Below the pieces are notes generated by a model. It searched no databases and had not been told where the DNA came from. It saw only the letters and a list, made by a program, of their open reading frames with translations. The translations under genes and the position numbers were made by a program. Positions 47,240-57,249 of a stretch of 64,000 nucleotides of DNA are shown here, piece after piece; the first letter of the stretch is position 1; every line of letters begins with the position of its first letter. Source of the DNA: Treponema sp. (GTDB lineage Bacteria; Spirochaetota; Spirochaetia; Treponematales; Breznakiellaceae). The stretch spans positions 8,885 to 72,884 of the forward strand of contig JAITCL010000119.1 of NCBI GenBank assembly GCA_031283105.1. The letters are read 5' to 3'.

Positions 47240-48178
47240 ATGGATGGAAGAACGGAAGTGATACAAAATTATCTCGCTTATTTAGAATCGGTGCGGGGGG
47301 TGTCGGCGCGGACGCTTGCCGCTTACCGTGACGATCTGTCCCTTTTTGTTAATTATAGTAACAATCATAAAATTGACCCGGTAAAGGCCAGTCCCTATCA
47401 GGTGCAAAGTTTTATTGCCGAACTCAGTGCGGAGCGGGCGGCGCCGTCCAGCGTGAACCGCCGCCTTTCTTCCATCAGGGGCTTTTACCGCTGGCTGGTA
47501 CGTTTTGGCAAACGCGCCGACAATCCCTGCGACGCTTTACGGAATATCAAAGCCCCTCAGGGACTGCCTTCGGTGTTATGGGAAGATGAAATGGCAGTTT
47601 TTGCCGAGTTGCCGGAGAAAAACAAAATACTGTGGCCCCAGCGGGACAAAGCGTTAATTTTGGTGATGTATTCGGCGGGCTTGCGTATTTCAGAACTGGT
47701 ATCGTTATGTATAAAAATGTTTACCGGCGACCGGGAAGGGGCGCGGATAACGGGCAAGGGCGGCAAAGAACGCATGGTGTTTTTTTCCGGTGAGGCGCGG
47801 GACGCTATCGGGGATTATCTTCCCCAGCGGGCGGCAAAGATACGTGACGCGGGCTTAAAGGCCGCCGATATGCACGGCGCATTGTTCATCAGCGAAAAAG
47901 GGCGTCCCCTGTCGGTGCCGGGGGTGCGCTGGATTATCGGCCAATACGCGCAGGTTTCGGGTTTGGGAAAAAATATTCACCCCCACAGTTTGCGCCACAG
48001 TTTTGCGACGCATCTGGTGAACGCGGGCTGCGATGTCCGCATTGTGCAGGAAATGCTGGGCCACGCCAGCCTTTCAACCACCCAGCGCTACGCCCATGTC
48101 AACATTGAAGGCCTAAAAAAAGTATATGCCCGCGCACATTTACGTGAACATATCTCGCACAGTGGAGGCATACAGTAA
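47240..48178 (+). CDS. xerC: Tyrosine recombinase XerC
   Basis: YSAGLRISE, GKGGKER, HPHSLRHSFATH, LGHASLSTTQRYAH; topA-xerC-hslVU synteny. Confidence 0.87.
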   Translation: MDGRTEVIQNYLAYLESVRGVSARTLAAYRDDLSLFVNYSNNHKIDPVKASPYQVQSFIAELSAERAAPSSVNRRLSSIRGFYRWLVRFGKRADNPCDALRNIKAPQGLPSVLWEDEMAVFAELPEKNKILWPQRDKALILVMYSAGLRISELVSLCIKMFTGDREGARITGKGGKERMVFFSGEARDAIGDYLPQRAAKIRDAGLKAADMHGALFISEKGRPLSVPGVRWIIGQYAQVSGLGKNIHPHSLRHSFATHLVNAGCDVRIVQEMLGHASLSTTQRYAHVNIEGLKKVYARAHLREHISHSGGIQ

Positions 48179-48216
48179 TGGGCATAACTAGTGAACTGCT
48201 GAATAGATTAATTCTA

Positions 48217-48306
48217 AGAATTTATACCACGGAGTACACGGAGTTACACGGAGGAAGAAAAGATTGTCGTATCAAAACTCCGTGGTACTCCGTGTCTTCC
48301 GTGGTT
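48217..48306. repeat. Nonamer palindromic repeat downstream of xerC
   Basis: Inverted partner of 47114-47200. Confidence 0.85.
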
Positions 48307-48337
48307 TATCTTCTTCTTCTTTTTAAGGAGATAAAGT

Positions 48338-48883
48338 ATGAAAGATAAGACAAGAATCCGTTCCACGACGGTTATTGCGGTGCGTAAGGACGGCAAGGTT
48401 GCTATGGCCGGAGACGGGCAGGTTACAATGGGTGAAACCGTGATGAAAAACAACGCCCGCAAAGTCCGCCGCCTGATGGACAACAAGGTACTCTGCGGTT
48501 TTGCCGGCGCCACCGCCGATGCGTTTACCCTTTTTGACCGCTTCGAGGAAAAACTCAAGGAATATTCAGGCGATCTGGCGCGTTCAGCGGTGGAACTTGC
48601 CAAAGACTGGCGCATGGATCGCACCCTCAGGCGGCTGGAGGCGATGCTGCTGGTTGCCGACCTTTCCAAGACCCTGTTGGTTTCGGGAACCGGCGATGTC
48701 ATTGAACCGGCGGAAAACGCCCTTGCCATCGGCTCAGGCGGCAATTATGCCTATGCTGCGGCGCTCGCCTATCTTGACGGCGGTCATTTTTCCGCCGCGG
48801 AAATTGCCGAGAAAAGCCTGAAAGTTGCGGGTAACATTTGCATTTATACCAATATGCACATAACACTGGAGGAATTAGGCTGA
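48338..48883 (+). CDS. hslV: ATP-dependent protease peptidase subunit HslV
   Basis: [39 protein letters not shown]. Confidence 0.97.
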   Translation: MKDKTRIRSTTVIAVRKDGKVAMAGDGQVTMGETVMKNNARKVRRLMDNKVLCGFAGATADAFTLFDRFEEKLKEYSGDLARSAVELAKDWRMDRTLRRLEAMLLVADLSKTLLVSGTGDVIEPAENALAIGSGGNYAYAAALAYLDGGHFSAAEIAEKSLKVAGNICIYTNMHITLEELG

Positions 48884-50442
48884 TGAGTGACAGAAAAACA
48901 AAAGAAGAAGCATTAAACCGGCTGACACCGCGGGAGATCGTCGCCGAACTGGACAAATATATTGTCGGGCAAAAAAAGGCAAAGCGGGCCGTTGCGGTAG
49001 CTTTGCGTAACCGCATCCGCCGGCTCAAGCTGGATCCGGAACTGCGGGAAGACGTAGCTCCCAAAAATATACTGATGATCGGGCCTACCGGCGTGGGAAA
49101 AACTGAAATCGCCCGGCGGCTTGCCAAACTTGCCGGCTCTCCCTTTATTAAAGTTGAAGCGACCAAGTATACCGAAGTGGGCTATGTGGGACGCGACGTT
49201 GAATCCATGGTGCGCGATCTGATGGCAGCCGGTTTTCAAATGGTAAAACAGGAGATGCAGGAATCCTTTGTTGCCGAAGCGGATAAACGGGCCGAAGAAG
49301 CCCTGCTTGATTTGCTCCTGCCCAATATGGGAAAAAAACCGGGAAGGAAAAAAGCCGCCCCGGCCCCGGTGGTCAAGCCGATGGGCTCGTTTACCTTTAA
49401 CCCCGAAAACGGAGGGGGAGCCGGCCTCATTGGGACGGCTATTCAGGTGGGGATTCCCGCTTTTCTTAAAAATGACGCAAACAGTGAAGAGGAAGAGCCG
49501 GAAAACCGGGTTGAAGCGGAACAAACCGCAGATGCCGCTGAAGAAAATTCATCGGAAAAATTCAAGGCAACCCGTGAAAAATTCAGAACCATGCTGCGGG
49601 AAGGCAAACTGGAAGAGCGTACCGTAGAACTGATGGTCAATCAAAATCCCCAGTTTCCCCCCTTTGAAATGATGGGTGTCAGCATGGAAGACATTGAAAC
49701 GAATCTTTCCGGCTTTGCCAGTTTCTTTGGCGGCGGCAAAAAAAACAAAGTGGTCACCGTAGCCCGTGCGCGGGAGATACTCAAGGCCGAAGAACTGGAA
49801 AAATTAATCGACCGTGACCGCGTCAGCGACGAGGCCCGGCAGCGGGTTGAGGAAACCGGCATAATTTTTATTGACGAAATTGACAAAATTGCCGTTAAGG
49901 GCGACCGGGGCGGGGGGCCGGATGTTTCCCGCGAAGGCGTACAGCGGGACATACTCCCCATTGTCGAAGGGGCAACCGTTACCACCAAATGGGGGCCGGT
50001 CAACACCGACCATATACTCTTCATCGCCGCCGGGGCATTTACCGTCAGCAAGCCTTCGGATTTAATCCCCGAATTGCAGGGGCGTTTCCCCCTGCGGGTG
50101 GAACTGGATTCGCTGGGAAAAGACGATTTCCTGCGTATTTTAACCGAGCCGAAAAACGCCCTGACCCGGCAGTATACCGAACTTCTTGCCACGGAAAATG
50201 TCGAGGTGGCATTTGCCCCCGATTCTATTGAACGGCTGGCGGCCCTTGCCGCGGAAGTTAATTCCAAACTGGAAAATATCGGGGCGAGGCGCCTGCACAC
50301 GATTATGGAAGCCCTGCTGGAGGAGCTTTCCTTTGACGCGCCGGACATTGCCCCGGCAAAAATCCCCGTTACCGTGGATTATGTCAACGAAAAACTGGCG
50401 GATATTGTCAAAGATCAGGATTTGGGACGTTATATTTTATAA
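48883..50442 (+). CDS. hslU: ATP-dependent protease ATPase subunit HslU
   Basis: [49 protein letters not shown]. Confidence 0.97.
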   Translation: MSDRKTKEEALNRLTPREIVAELDKYIVGQKKAKRAVAVALRNRIRRLKLDPELREDVAPKNILMIGPTGVGKTEIARRLAKLAGSPFIKVEATKYTEVGYVGRDVESMVRDLMAAGFQMVKQEMQESFVAEADKRAEEALLDLLLPNMGKKPGRKKAAPAPVVKPMGSFTFNPENGGGAGLIGTAIQVGIPAFLKNDANSEEEEPENRVEAEQTADAAEENSSEKFKATREKFRTMLREGKLEERTVELMVNQNPQFPPFEMMGVSMEDIETNLSGFASFFGGGKKNKVVTVARAREILKAEELEKLIDRDRVSDEARQRVEETGIIFIDEIDKIAVKGDRGGGPDVSREGVQRDILPIVEGATVTTKWGPVNTDHILFIAAGAFTVSKPSDLIPELQGRFPLRVELDSLGKDDFLRILTEPKNALTRQYTELLATENVEVAFAPDSIERLAALAAEVNSKLENIGARRLHTIMEALLEELSFDAPDIAPAKIPVTVDYVNEKLADIVKDQDLGRYIL

Positions 50443-50452
50443 AAAAGGGGCT

Positions 50453-50479
50453 TAAAAAGGTTCAAAAATGTGCCGATGG
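50453..50479 (+). promoter_or_regulatory. sigma28-type promoter of the flgB operon
   Basis: TAAA-N15-GCCGATGG upstream of the flgB SD. Confidence 0.6.
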
Positions 50480-50498
50480 TTATAAAGAGGGAGTTTAT

Positions 50499-50912
50499 AT
50501 GAACAGTTTTGGTAAAACAGTCGACCTTTTACACCGCGCCATGAGCGCCAATGTAGTGCGCCGCTCGGTCATCGCCGACAATATGGCAAACGCCAATGTC
50601 CCCAACTTCAAGCGTTCAATCGTCAATTTTGAAAGCGAGCTGAAACGGGCGCTGGATACGGAAAAGCAGAAGCCCGCCCTGGAACTGACCCAAACCAATC
50701 CTATGCACTTTTCCAATTATAGGGAACGGGACTACCGCGACGTGCAGATTCGGCGGGTTTTGGACTATGCCAGCACCTACAACAACAACGGCAACAATGT
50801 TGATCCTGAGCAGGAATTCATGGCGGCGGTAGAAAACCAGATGACATTAGAGATGTTATTTCAGGCTGCCAGTTTTGAATTCAGCCAGGTAAATCAGGTG
50901 TTAAGAAATTAA
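50499..50912 (+). CDS. flgB: Flagellar basal-body rod protein FlgB
   Basis: IADNMANANVPNFK, NGNNVDPEQE. Confidence 0.95.
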   Translation: MNSFGKTVDLLHRAMSANVVRRSVIADNMANANVPNFKRSIVNFESELKRALDTEKQKPALELTQTNPMHFSNYRERDYRDVQIRRVLDYASTYNNNGNNVDPEQEFMAAVENQMTLEMLFQAASFEFSQVNQVLRN

Positions 50913-50933
50913 CAATAAGGAGCAAGAAGAAAA

Positions 50934-51395
50934 ATGGGAATATTTAGTTCGATTAATATAGCGGCCACGGGACTCTCCGCCAACCGGGTTCGGTTAGATG
51001 TAATATCCGACAACATGGCAAATGTGAACACTACGCGGACTCCCGAAGGCGGCCCTTTCCGCCGCAGCCGGGTGATTATGCGTCCGCGGGCGGAAAGCCC
51101 TTTCTGGCGCTCGCCGTTTCTTCCCCAAACCCTGGACAACGGGATCGGGCGCGGGGTGCGGGTAGCGGAAATCCAAAAAGATCTTTCCACGGAAAATCCC
51201 CTGCGCTGGGATCCCACCCACCCCGACGCGATTGAATCCGGCCCGCGGAAAGGTTACGTTGAACTGCCCAATGTAGATATTGTAACCGAAATGGTGGATA
51301 TGATTTCCGCCTCGCGGTCTTACGAGGCAAACGCGCAAATCATTGAAGGTTCAAAGTCCATATTCCGGCGGGCGCTGGATATTGGCGGAAAGTAA
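50934..51395 (+). CDS. flgC: Flagellar basal-body rod protein FlgC
   Basis: ISDNMANVNTTR, DPTHPDA, PNVDIVTEMVDMISASRSYEAN. Confidence 0.96.
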   Translation: MGIFSSINIAATGLSANRVRLDVISDNMANVNTTRTPEGGPFRRSRVIMRPRAESPFWRSPFLPQTLDNGIGRGVRVAEIQKDLSTENPLRWDPTHPDAIESGPRKGYVELPNVDIVTEMVDMISASRSYEANAQIIEGSKSIFRRALDIGGK

Positions 51396-51446
51396 AAAAG
51401 GAGTACCCATGAAACTTCGTTTCATGTTTGATAAGGAGTTAGACAG

Positions 51447-51797
51447 ATGACTGACATGATTTCCATGGTTCGTACCAATCCAAAACACATGGGGCCGCTT
51501 GACAGCCCCTATGCGGGCACGGGGAACAATATCCTTGCGCTGGGAAAAAAAATCGGGACAGATGGGATAACCGGAGCGGGTACCTTTGAACAGGCAATGC
51601 TGCAGGCGCTGGATAAAGTTTCCGGAGCGCAGCAGCGCGCAACCGGTCTTGAGCGGGAAGCGATTATCAATCCCAACTCGGTAGATGTGCATGATGTCAC
51701 CATTGCCCAGGCGGAGGCAAGTATGTCGCTGGGCATTACACGGATCATACTCAGCCGTCTGGTTCAGGGCTGGAGAGATTTGATTAATACACGCTAG
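51447..51797 (+). CDS. fliE: Flagellar hook-basal body protein FliE
   Basis: DVHDVTIAQAEASMSL...LVQGWRDLI; operon position. Confidence 0.92.
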   Translation: MTDMISMVRTNPKHMGPLDSPYAGTGNNILALGKKIGTDGITGAGTFEQAMLQALDKVSGAQQRATGLEREAIINPNSVDVHDVTIAQAEASMSLGITRIILSRLVQGWRDLINTR

Positions 51798-51819
51798 AAA
51801 TAAACAGAGGGGGGGGACG

Positions 51820-53526
51820 ATGAATGATTTTATAAAAAAAATGATGGGACAAATTAACAAACTATGGGGGCAATGGTCGATGATTCAACGGGCGATCCTT
51901 GTCGGGATCGTTGTTATAGTCATTGGAGGAATTGCCGCCCTGTTAAGCGTCTCATCAACGCCGAGCCTCGCGCCGGTTATTGACGCTCCCATCAGGGACG
52001 AAGCGGCCCTTGACCGCATTGTGCTGCGGATAAATCAGGAAGGAGTCAAAACCATCGTCAGTCCCACGGGGCTGGTGCAGGTAGCCGATGAAACGACTGC
52101 CCGGCGCATGAGGGCGATACTGATTCGCGAAGACCTTATCCCCACCAATATTGACCCTTGGGCCATATTTGACCGGGAACGCTGGACTATTACCGACTTT
52201 GAGCGGAATGTCAACTTCCGCCGCGCCCAAACCCAGATGATAACCGAACACATCAAGGCAATTGACGATGTTGATGACGCCAATGTCACCATCGTACTTC
52301 CCGAACGGGAATTGTTTGTCAAAGATCAAAATCCGACAACGGTCAGCGTCATCATTACCCCCCGGCCGGGCAGCGACATTACCACTAACCGCAAAAAAGT
52401 TGAAGGTATTCAAAAGATACTGAAATTTGCCATTGAAGGGCTGCGGGACGACAATATCGTTATAACCGATCAAAGCGGCGTTATCCTCAATAATTTTACC
52501 GATATGGCCGCCATTGACCGCTTGACCATCATCGACAAGGAACAAAAGCAGATACAGCAGTTGGAAGCCAAATACCGCGCCGATATTTTGCGGGGCTTGC
52601 AGGCTACTTTTTCTGCCGACCGCGTCCGCGACCTGAACATTAAAATTGACATGGATATGTCCAAAAAGGCCGTGGACACCGAGGAATTTTTTCCCTTTAC
52701 CCTCAGGCCGCGAACCCCCGGCCTTGCCTATGACGATTCGGAAATACTTAAATCTGTACCGCGTGCAGTCAGCACTTCTACTACCAAATGGGAAGGAACC
52801 GGCTACAACCCCGAAGGCCCCGGCGGCGTGGAAGGCCAGACCCCCCCGGCTTTCAAGGATATGTCCAACCTCTACGGCAGAATGACCCAGGAAACCAATG
52901 TCCAGAACGAAGAAATCAACCGCAAGGTAACGCAGGAAGAACGCAGCCCCCAGATTGACCGCGTAACGGTTTCAGTTAACATAGACGGCACATGGAAATG
53001 GAAATATAACGAAAAGAAAGAACCGGTAATACAGGCCGACGGTACCATAGAACGTGAATATGTTCCCGTTCCGCCGGATGATTTGCGCAAATCCGATGCT
53101 CTTGTCCGCGGCGCCATTGGCTACAATGCGGCGCGGGGCGATTCGGTTACCGTACAGAATATTCCCTTTGACCGCACCAAAGAGTTTGGCGAGGAAGACG
53201 CCGCCTACTTCAGAGAGAAGCAGATGCAGACTACGGTAGTGGTTATTCTTTCCGGTTTGACATTGTTGTTGATTTGTTTCATAATTTTCCGTGTAGTTGC
53301 CCGCGAGATGGAACGCCGCAGACGGCTGGCTGAAGAAGAACGCGCCCGACGCGAGCAGGCTCTGCGGGAAAGCGCCATGATGGAAGCCGAGCAGGAAGGC
53401 ATGGAAGTTTCTATTTCCATGGAAGAACGCAGCCGCATGGAATTGATGGAGTCGGTGGTCAACCTGACCAAAGAGCATCCTGAAGACTGCGCCCAGCTTA
53501 TCAGAACCTGGCTTTTGGAGGAATAG
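51820..53526 (+). CDS. fliF: Flagellar MS-ring protein FliF
   Basis: Two TM segments, ANVTIVLPERELF, AIGYNAARGDSVTV, AQLIRTWL. Confidence 0.95.
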   Translation: MNDFIKKMMGQINKLWGQWSMIQRAILVGIVVIVIGGIAALLSVSSTPSLAPVIDAPIRDEAALDRIVLRINQEGVKTIVSPTGLVQVADETTARRMRAILIREDLIPTNIDPWAIFDRERWTITDFERNVNFRRAQTQMITEHIKAIDDVDDANVTIVLPERELFVKDQNPTTVSVIITPRPGSDITTNRKKVEGIQKILKFAIEGLRDDNIVITDQSGVILNNFTDMAAIDRLTIIDKEQKQIQQLEAKYRADILRGLQATFSADRVRDLNIKIDMDMSKKAVDTEEFFPFTLRPRTPGLAYDDSEILKSVPRAVSTSTTKWEGTGYNPEGPGGVEGQTPPAFKDMSNLYGRMTQETNVQNEEINRKVTQEERSPQIDRVTVSVNIDGTWKWKYNEKKEPVIQADGTIEREYVPVPPDDLRKSDALVRGAIGYNAARGDSVTVQNIPFDRTKEFGEEDAAYFREKQMQTTVVVILSGLTLLLICFIIFRVVAREMERRRRLAEEERARREQALRESAMMEAEQEGMEVSISMEERSRMELMESVVNLTKEHPEDCAQLIRTWLLEE

Positions 53527-53529
53527 TAT

Positions 53530-54591
53530 ATGGCAAAAACAAACGCGGCGACAGGCGGAACGGCAACCGGCAGTTCCAAGAAAAAAGGCGCAAAAGAATA
53601 TACCGGCCGGCAGAAAGCGGCTATTTTTCTCGTTACCATTGGCTCGGAGTTATCCTCTGAAATTTTCAAATATCTCCGTGAAGATGAAATTGAAACGCTT
53701 ACCTTTGAGATTGCCCGTCTTGAGACCATAGACTCCGAGCAGAAGGACATGATTCTGCAGGAGTTCCAGGAGCTCATGATGGCGAACCAGTTTATCAGCA
53801 CCGGCGGTATCGACTACGCGCGGGAGCTGCTGGAAAAATCGCTGGGCAGCCAGAAGGCCATTGATATTATTAACCGCCTGACATCGAGCCTTCAGGTGCG
53901 TCCCTTTGACTTTATCCGCCGCACCGATCCGGCGCACCTGTTAAACTTTATTCAGCAGGAACATCCCCAGACCATCGCCCTTATTCTGGCCTACCTTGAG
54001 CCGAACAAGGCTTCGATTATTTTGCAGAATCTGCCCCATGAGGTGCAGAGCGACGTTGCCCGCCGTATTGCTACGATGGATCGTACCAGTCCGGAAGTTC
54101 TCCGTGAAGTTGAACGGGTGCTGGAAAAGAAACTTTCAACCCTGTCCAGCGAAGATTATACCACCGCCGGCGGCGTGGAAAGCATCGTTGAAATCCTCAA
54201 CCTGGTTGACCGCGCTTCGGAGAAGCAAATTATTGAAGCGCTGGAAGACGAAGACCCCGAGCTTGCCGAAGAAATCAAGAAAAGGATGTTCGTGTTCGAA
54301 GACATTGTCATGCTGGACGACCGTTCCATACAGAAGGTTATGCGGGAAGTGGATTCACAGGAACTTGCCAAAGCCCTCAAGAGTGTGGATACTGAAGTAC
54401 AGGACAAGATATTCAAGAATATGTCCAAGCGGGCGGCTACCATGCTGCGGGAAGATATGGAGTACATGGGCCCTGTCCGCTTGAAAGACGTAGAAGAAGC
54501 GCAGCAGAAGATCGTTTCCATTATACGGCATCTGGAAGACACCGGCGAAATTGTTATCGCCCGCGCCGGAGAAGACGAAATGGTGGTGTAA
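53530..54591 (+). CDS. fliG: Flagellar motor switch protein FliG
   Basis: GGIDYARELL, EHPQTIALIL, MFVFEDI, GPVRLKDVEEAQQKI. Confidence 0.97.
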   Translation: MAKTNAATGGTATGSSKKKGAKEYTGRQKAAIFLVTIGSELSSEIFKYLREDEIETLTFEIARLETIDSEQKDMILQEFQELMMANQFISTGGIDYARELLEKSLGSQKAIDIINRLTSSLQVRPFDFIRRTDPAHLLNFIQQEHPQTIALILAYLEPNKASIILQNLPHEVQSDVARRIATMDRTSPEVLREVERVLEKKLSTLSSEDYTTAGGVESIVEILNLVDRASEKQIIEALEDEDPELAEEIKKRMFVFEDIVMLDDRSIQKVMREVDSQELAKALKSVDTEVQDKIFKNMSKRAATMLREDMEYMGPVRLKDVEEAQQKIVSIIRHLEDTGEIVIARAGEDEMVV

Positions 54592-54600
54592 GGATAAGCA

Positions 54601-55551
54601 ATGGCCAAGGCAGTATTCAGACCAGGCGAACTTCTGGTGATTCCTGAAAAAATAATGCTCTGTACCCCGTTGTATACGGATACTGCCAGCAGCACGTCCC
54701 CCGAAGCGAAAGACGATGATAGTGAACCGGAGGCGGAGCAGTATACCGGCCCCACCGCCGAAGATTTACGCCGCGAAGCGGAAGCCTTTATAGTCCAGTG
54801 GAATGAACAAAAAGAAACGATGATCAAGAAGGCCGGGGAGGAAGCCACGGCTATTGTGGAGGCGGCAAACCAGGCTGCCGCGGAAGAAAAGGAACGCAGT
54901 TGTGCAGAAGCCGATGCCCTGAAAACCGCGGCTCAGGAAGAAGCGGAAAAAATCACTGCCGAAGCGCGCCGCCAGGCCGAAGAACTTGCCGTTGAAACCC
55001 GCAAGACCCTTGATGATGAACGGAATACGGCGGTTAGCGAGGGCAAGGAAGCAGGCCGGCTTGAAGGCTATGCCGAAGGCAGGGCCGAAGTTGAGCGGCT
55101 GATCCAGCGGACTCAGGTTGTACTGGAACGGGCGCAGGACAAACGGGGGGAAATTCTCACCGAGACAGAACAGGAAATTATCAATCTGGTGCTGCGTATT
55201 ACCCGCAAAGTGGTCAAGGTTATTTCCGAAAGCCAGCGTGAAGTTATCATTTCCAATGTAGTGCAGGCCCTGCGCAAGGTACGCGACCGGGGTAATATTA
55301 TTATTCATGTCAATCTTGCCGATTTGAAACTTGCCACCGAGCATACCAAAGATTTTATCCGTATGCTGGAAGGGGCAAAGTCAATACAGGTAGTCGAAGA
55401 TTCTTCGGTAGATGCGGGCGGCTGTATTATCGAAACGGATTTTGGCGAAATAGACGCCCGCATTTCCAGCCAGCTTACGGAACTGGAATCAAAGATAACG
55501 GAAATTTCCCCGATAAAGGCAAAGGCCAAGCCCGCGTCTTCGGGGAAGTAA
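54601..55551 (+). CDS. fliH: Flagellar assembly protein FliH
   Basis: Coiled coil with GxxxG repeats, GGCIIETDFGEIDA. Confidence 0.94.
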   Translation: MAKAVFRPGELLVIPEKIMLCTPLYTDTASSTSPEAKDDDSEPEAEQYTGPTAEDLRREAEAFIVQWNEQKETMIKKAGEEATAIVEAANQAAAEEKERSCAEADALKTAAQEEAEKITAEARRQAEELAVETRKTLDDERNTAVSEGKEAGRLEGYAEGRAEVERLIQRTQVVLERAQDKRGEILTETEQEIINLVLRITRKVVKVISESQREVIISNVVQALRKVRDRGNIIIHVNLADLKLATEHTKDFIRMLEGAKSIQVVEDSSVDAGGCIIETDFGEIDARISSQLTELESKITEISPIKAKAKPASSGK

Positions 55552-55552
55552 A

Positions 55553-57238
55553 ATGCTTTTTATTATCATCATGGCGGTAACGTTGGCGGTAGGCTGCCGT
55601 ACCGCGAATAATGTTGATACGGCGACTGAATCACCCCTTCCTTTTTCACCGGTTGATTCGATGCTTCAATCATCCCTCCCTTTTTCACAAGGGGTAAATT
55701 TTTCCGGATGGTTTGAAGTGCCTTCTGTGCGGGCAATAGTGTTTACCGCTTATACGGAACAGGACTTTATAGACGTAAAAAGTATCGGCGCTGATATAAT
55801 ACGTTTACCTCTCAATTTACACAGCATGACGCGCGGGGCTCCCGATTATCGCCTGGACCCGCTCTTTATACAGCTTCTGGATCAGGCGGTTGATTGGGCG
55901 GAAAAACATCAGTTGTATATCATTCTGGATAACCATTCATTTGATCCCGTTGCCGCTACCGATACCGATATTGACAGGATATTGATTCCCGTCTGGACGC
56001 AGATGGCCGGGCGTTATAAAGACCGCAGCGATTATATACTGTATGAAGTTCTTAACGAGCCGCACGGCATTAAAGCCGCCGAATGGAACGCCATTCAGGA
56101 AAAAGTTGTTAAAGCCATTCGCGCAATTGACGAACGACATAGTATTGTTGTGGGGGGAGTCGACTATAACTCCATAAACGCGCTCTTTGATCTGCCGGTT
56201 TATAATTATGATAATATCATTTATACATTTCATTTTTATGATCCGTATTTCTTTACCCATCAGGGAGAAACATGGGGGTCTCCACCGAATTTAAAAACGC
56301 TCAAGGGTATGCCTTTTCCGGGAAATGCCCACGCGCTGCCGGAAATTCCGCGGGAATTACGGGGAACATGGATTGAACAGTCAATAAAATATTCCTATAA
56401 AAATGACGCGACCGCTCAAGGACTGGCGAATCAGCTTGATAAAGCGGTGCGATTTTCCCGTGAGCGCGGGGATCTTCCCCTTTTGTGCGGCGAGTTTGGC
56501 GTATTTATTCCCAACAGCCTTCCCGAAGACCGGGTGCGCTGGTATCAAACGACGACTCAATTATTCCGTGAGCGCGGGATTGCCCGTACCAGTTGGGATT
56601 ATTACGGCGGGTTTGGCATATTTAAAACAGAAAGGGGCGGTTCCTTTAACAGCGATTTAAATGTTGAAGTAGTACAAGCTATGGGTTTTTCGCCGCCCCG
56701 GCAAGAACCGCAGAATCCGCTGCGCTGCGCGTTTACGGTATTTGATAATTATCCGGTCTTTCCGGCGGGGCGTATTACTCATTGGGGCTGCGATATGAAC
56801 CTGTACCATGAAGATGCGGGAAAATATGTACTAAGCTGGGGAAACGCGGAACAGTACGCCACCTTTTTCTTTAACTTCAAACAAACAATAGATTGGGAAT
56901 ATTTATCATCGCAGGGCTATGCGCTGACTTTTAAGGTAAAAACGGATAAACCGGCGCGCTTTGACGTACGCTTTGTTGATCGTGAAGATGGCTTTTCCGC
57001 TATTCCCTGGCGGATCAGTGTAACGATACCTGTTGAGGCGGACGGAGAATGGCACACCCTGCGTATCCCTCTGGTGTCAATGCAGGAACAGGGCGCGTGG
57101 ATCAACGTGACGCAGGAATGGCGCAACCCCCAGGGGCAATTTTCATGGGCGAAGGTTGACACTCTGGCATTTGTAGCCGAAGAGGGCAATCTTCGCGGCA
57201 TTACCATTCTGTTTGATTCTATAAAACTTGAACTTTAA
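55553..57238 (+). CDS. GH5 endoglucanase-like lipoprotein with a C-terminal carbohydrate-binding-like domain
   Basis: Lipobox LAVGC; IRLP, ILDNH, YEVLNEP (acid/base), FHFYDP, CGEFG (nucleophile); C-terminal DGEWHTLRIPL. Confidence 0.9.
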   Translation: MLFIIIMAVTLAVGCRTANNVDTATESPLPFSPVDSMLQSSLPFSQGVNFSGWFEVPSVRAIVFTAYTEQDFIDVKSIGADIIRLPLNLHSMTRGAPDYRLDPLFIQLLDQAVDWAEKHQLYIILDNHSFDPVAATDTDIDRILIPVWTQMAGRYKDRSDYILYEVLNEPHGIKAAEWNAIQEKVVKAIRAIDERHSIVVGGVDYNSINALFDLPVYNYDNIIYTFHFYDPYFFTHQGETWGSPPNLKTLKGMPFPGNAHALPEIPRELRGTWIEQSIKYSYKNDATAQGLANQLDKAVRFSRERGDLPLLCGEFGVFIPNSLPEDRVRWYQTTTQLFRERGIARTSWDYYGGFGIFKTERGGSFNSDLNVEVVQAMGFSPPRQEPQNPLRCAFTVFDNYPVFPAGRITHWGCDMNLYHEDAGKYVLSWGNAEQYATFFFNFKQTIDWEYLSSQGYALTFKVKTDKPARFDVRFVDREDGFSAIPWRISVTIPVEADGEWHTLRIPLVSMQEQGAWINVTQEWRNPQGQFSWAKVDTLAFVAEEGNLRGITILFDSIKLEL

Positions 57239-57249
57239 ATCACAAACAA

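Noticed and set aside
41821-48178. Two tyrosine recombinases as a sign of an integrated element
   Set aside because: They fit housekeeping XerD/XerC in the conserved ftsZ..dprA-topA-xerC-hslVU context
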